Source of the DNA: the human T2T-CHM13v2.0 reference genome, Homo sapiens
DNA length: 64,000 bases
NCBI RefSeq assembly: GCF_009914755.1
Contig: NC_060934.1
Strand: one strand, 5' to 3'
Shown here: piece by piece, positions 61,667 to 64,000 of the stretch
Layout of the letters: every line of letters begins with the position of its first letter
How positions within the stretch are numbered: the first letter of the stretch is position 1
Notes under the pieces: generated by a model
Databases searched by the model: none
What the model was told of the DNA's origin: nothing
The model's input: only the letters and a program-made list of their open reading frames with translations
Program-made: the position numbers and the translations under genes

Positions 61667-63860
61667 GGATTTCAGCAAAGTTCCAGGATACAAAATTAAT
61701 GTATAGGCTGGGTGTTGTGGCTCACACCTGTAATCCTAGCATTTTGGGAGGCTGAGGTGGGTGGATCATTTGAGGTCAGGAGTTTGAGACCAGCCTGGCC
61801 AATATGGTGAAACCCAATCTCTACTAAAAATACAAAAATTAGCCAGGTGTGGTAGCACATGCCTGTAATGCCAGCTACTAGGGAGGCTGAGGCAGGAGAA
61901 TTGCTTGAACCTGGGAGGTGGAGGTTGTAGTGAGCCAAGTCACACCACTGTACTCCAGCCTGGGTGACAGAGCGAGACTCTGTCTCAAAAACAAACAAAC
62001 AAAATAATAATGCACAAATATCAGTGGCATTTCTATACATCAACAACATCCAAGTTGACAGCCAATCAAGTACACAATCTCATTCACAATAGCCACAAAA
62101 AGAATAAAATACCTAGGAATACAGCTAGCCAGGGAGGTGAAGTATCCTACAACGAGAATTACAAAACAATTCTCAAAGAAATCAAAGATGACAAGCAAAT
62201 GGAAAAACTTTCCATGTCATGGATAGGAAGAATCAATACTGTTAGAATGGCCATACTGTCCAAAGCAATTTACAGATTCAGTGCTATTTGTATCAAACTA
62301 TCAATGACATGCTTCACAGAATTAGAAAAAAAACTATTCTAAAATTCATATGGAATCAAAAAAGAGCTTGAATAGCCAAGGCAATCCTAAGCAAAAAGAA
62401 CAAAGCTGGAGGCATCACATTACTTGACTTCAAACTATACTACAAGGCTATAGTAATGAAAACAGTATGGTACTGCTACAAAAACAGATACATATATATG
62501 TGTATACATATATATACCAATGGAACAGAATACAGAGCCTGAAATAATACTGTACACCTACAACCATCTGATCTTTGACAAAGTCGATAAAAACAAGCAA
62601 TAAGGAAAGGACTCCCTATTCAATAAATGGTGCTGGGATAACTGGGTAGCATATACAGAAGAGTGAAACTGGATGCCTTCCTTGCACCATATGTGAAAAG
62701 CAACTCAAGATGGATTAAAGACTTAAATGTAAAGCCTAAAACTATAAAAACCCTGGAAGATAACCTAGGAAGTACCATTCTGGACACAGGACTTGGCAAA
62801 GTTTTCATGACAAAGATGCCAAAACTAGTTGCAACCAAAACAAATATTGACAAATGGGACCTAATTAAACTAAAGAGCTTCTGCACAGCAAAAGAAACTA
62901 TCAACAAAGTAAACATACAACCTACAGAATGGTAGAAAATATTTGTAACTATGCATCTGACAAAGGTCTAATATCGAGAATCTACAAGGAACTTAAACAA
63001 ATTAACAAGCAGAAAACAACCCCATTAAAAAGTGGGCAAAGGACACGAACAGACACTTTTCAAAAGAAGACACACACGCAGCCAACAAGCATATGAAAAA
63101 AAAACTCGGTATCACTGATCATTAGAGAAATGCAAATCAAAACCACGGTGAGATACCATCTCGCATTTGTCAGAATGGCTGTTATGAAAAAGTCAAAAAA
63201 TAACAGATATTGATGAGGTTGCAGAGAAAAGGGAACATTTATACACTGTTGGTGGAAGTGAAAATTAGTTCAACCACTGTGGAAAGTAGGGTGGCGATTC
63301 CTCAAAGAGCTGAAAATAGAACTACCATTTGATTCAGCAATCCCATTATTGGGTATATATTCAAAGGAATGTAAACCCTTCTACCATAAAGACACATGCA
63401 AGTATATGTTCAGGTCAGCACTATTCACAACAGCAAAGACATGGAATCAACCTAAATGCCCATCAGTGGTGCACTGGATAACGAAAATGTGGTACATATA
63501 CACCTTGGAATATACACAGCCATAAAGGAGAGCGAAGCCATGTCCTTTGCAGCCACATGGATGGAGGCCATTACACAAGTGAACGAATACAAGAACAGAA
63601 AACCATCACCTCATGTTCTCACTTACAGGTGGGAGTGAAATATTGAGTACATACACATGGACACAAAGAGGGGAGCAACAGACACCAGGGAGGGTGGGAA
63701 GAGCGTGAGGATCAAAAAATGACCTATCAGGTACTATGTTTATTACCTGGGGGATGAAATAATCTGCACACTAATCCCTATGACACAATTTACCTATATA
63801 ACAAACCTGCACATGTATCCCTGAACCTAAAACACAAGGGAAAAATAAAAATGAAAAAAG
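61667..63860 (+). mobile_element. 5'-truncated older L1PA (about L1PA15/16), split by an Alu
   Basis: ORF2 fragments (62010-62935) and 3'UTR ending ACAAACCTGCACATGTA.CCCTGAACCTAAAA plus A tail. Confidence 0.9.
61706..62005 (+). mobile_element. AluS
   Basis: Dimeric Alu with (AAAC)n tail inserted in the L1. Confidence 0.95.
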
Positions 63861-64000
63861 AAATTTCAAGTGGCTTCCTGAAAGCCAGGGTGCTGGGAGT
63901 GAAGCCAGGTCATTGGGAACTTCAGGTGGGGACTTGCAGAGAGGAGATGGAAGTGCCAGATGCAGAGGGACAAGAGATGGGAGGTGGCATTGAGCAGGGC

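Noticed and set aside
62010-63638. L1 ORF2-like ORFs
   Set aside because: Decayed older L1PA element with multiple stops.

Overview
This is primate, most likely human, genomic DNA: AluY, AluS and AluJ elements, L1PA, THE1 and MLT2A are all present. It looks intergenic or intronic. I can support no protein-coding gene, tRNA, rRNA or CRISPR array, and the listed ORFs are repeat-derived or chance. Roughly half the window is interspersed repeat: about 25 Alus, a near-complete ancient L1 at ~9.8-18.1 kb, L1PA/L1PB/L1MA/L1MB/L1MC pieces, ERVL and MaLR solo LTRs, hAT MITEs, and MIR/L2. Four structures stand out. (1) A convergent THE1C/MLT2A2 hybrid LTR (26888-27578) is joined at a 7-bp microhomology and bounded by one shared 5-bp flanking repeat, CTCCC. 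(2) A composite local duplication (45316-46027) consists of an inverted 416-bp copy of 55150-55565 and a direct ~267-bp copy of 50835-51102, with short repeated sequences at the junctions. (3) A modular, CpG- and G-rich 66-bp VNTR (910-1929) is dense in HRE-, CRE-, ETS- and RBPJ-like motifs and sits directly behind a splice acceptor. (4) An orphan ~190-bp poly(A)-tailed retro-insert lies inside the old L1 (17369-17558). Repeat subfamily names come from my recall of consensus sequences and need RepeatMasker/Dfam confirmation. I could not identify the chromosomal locus.
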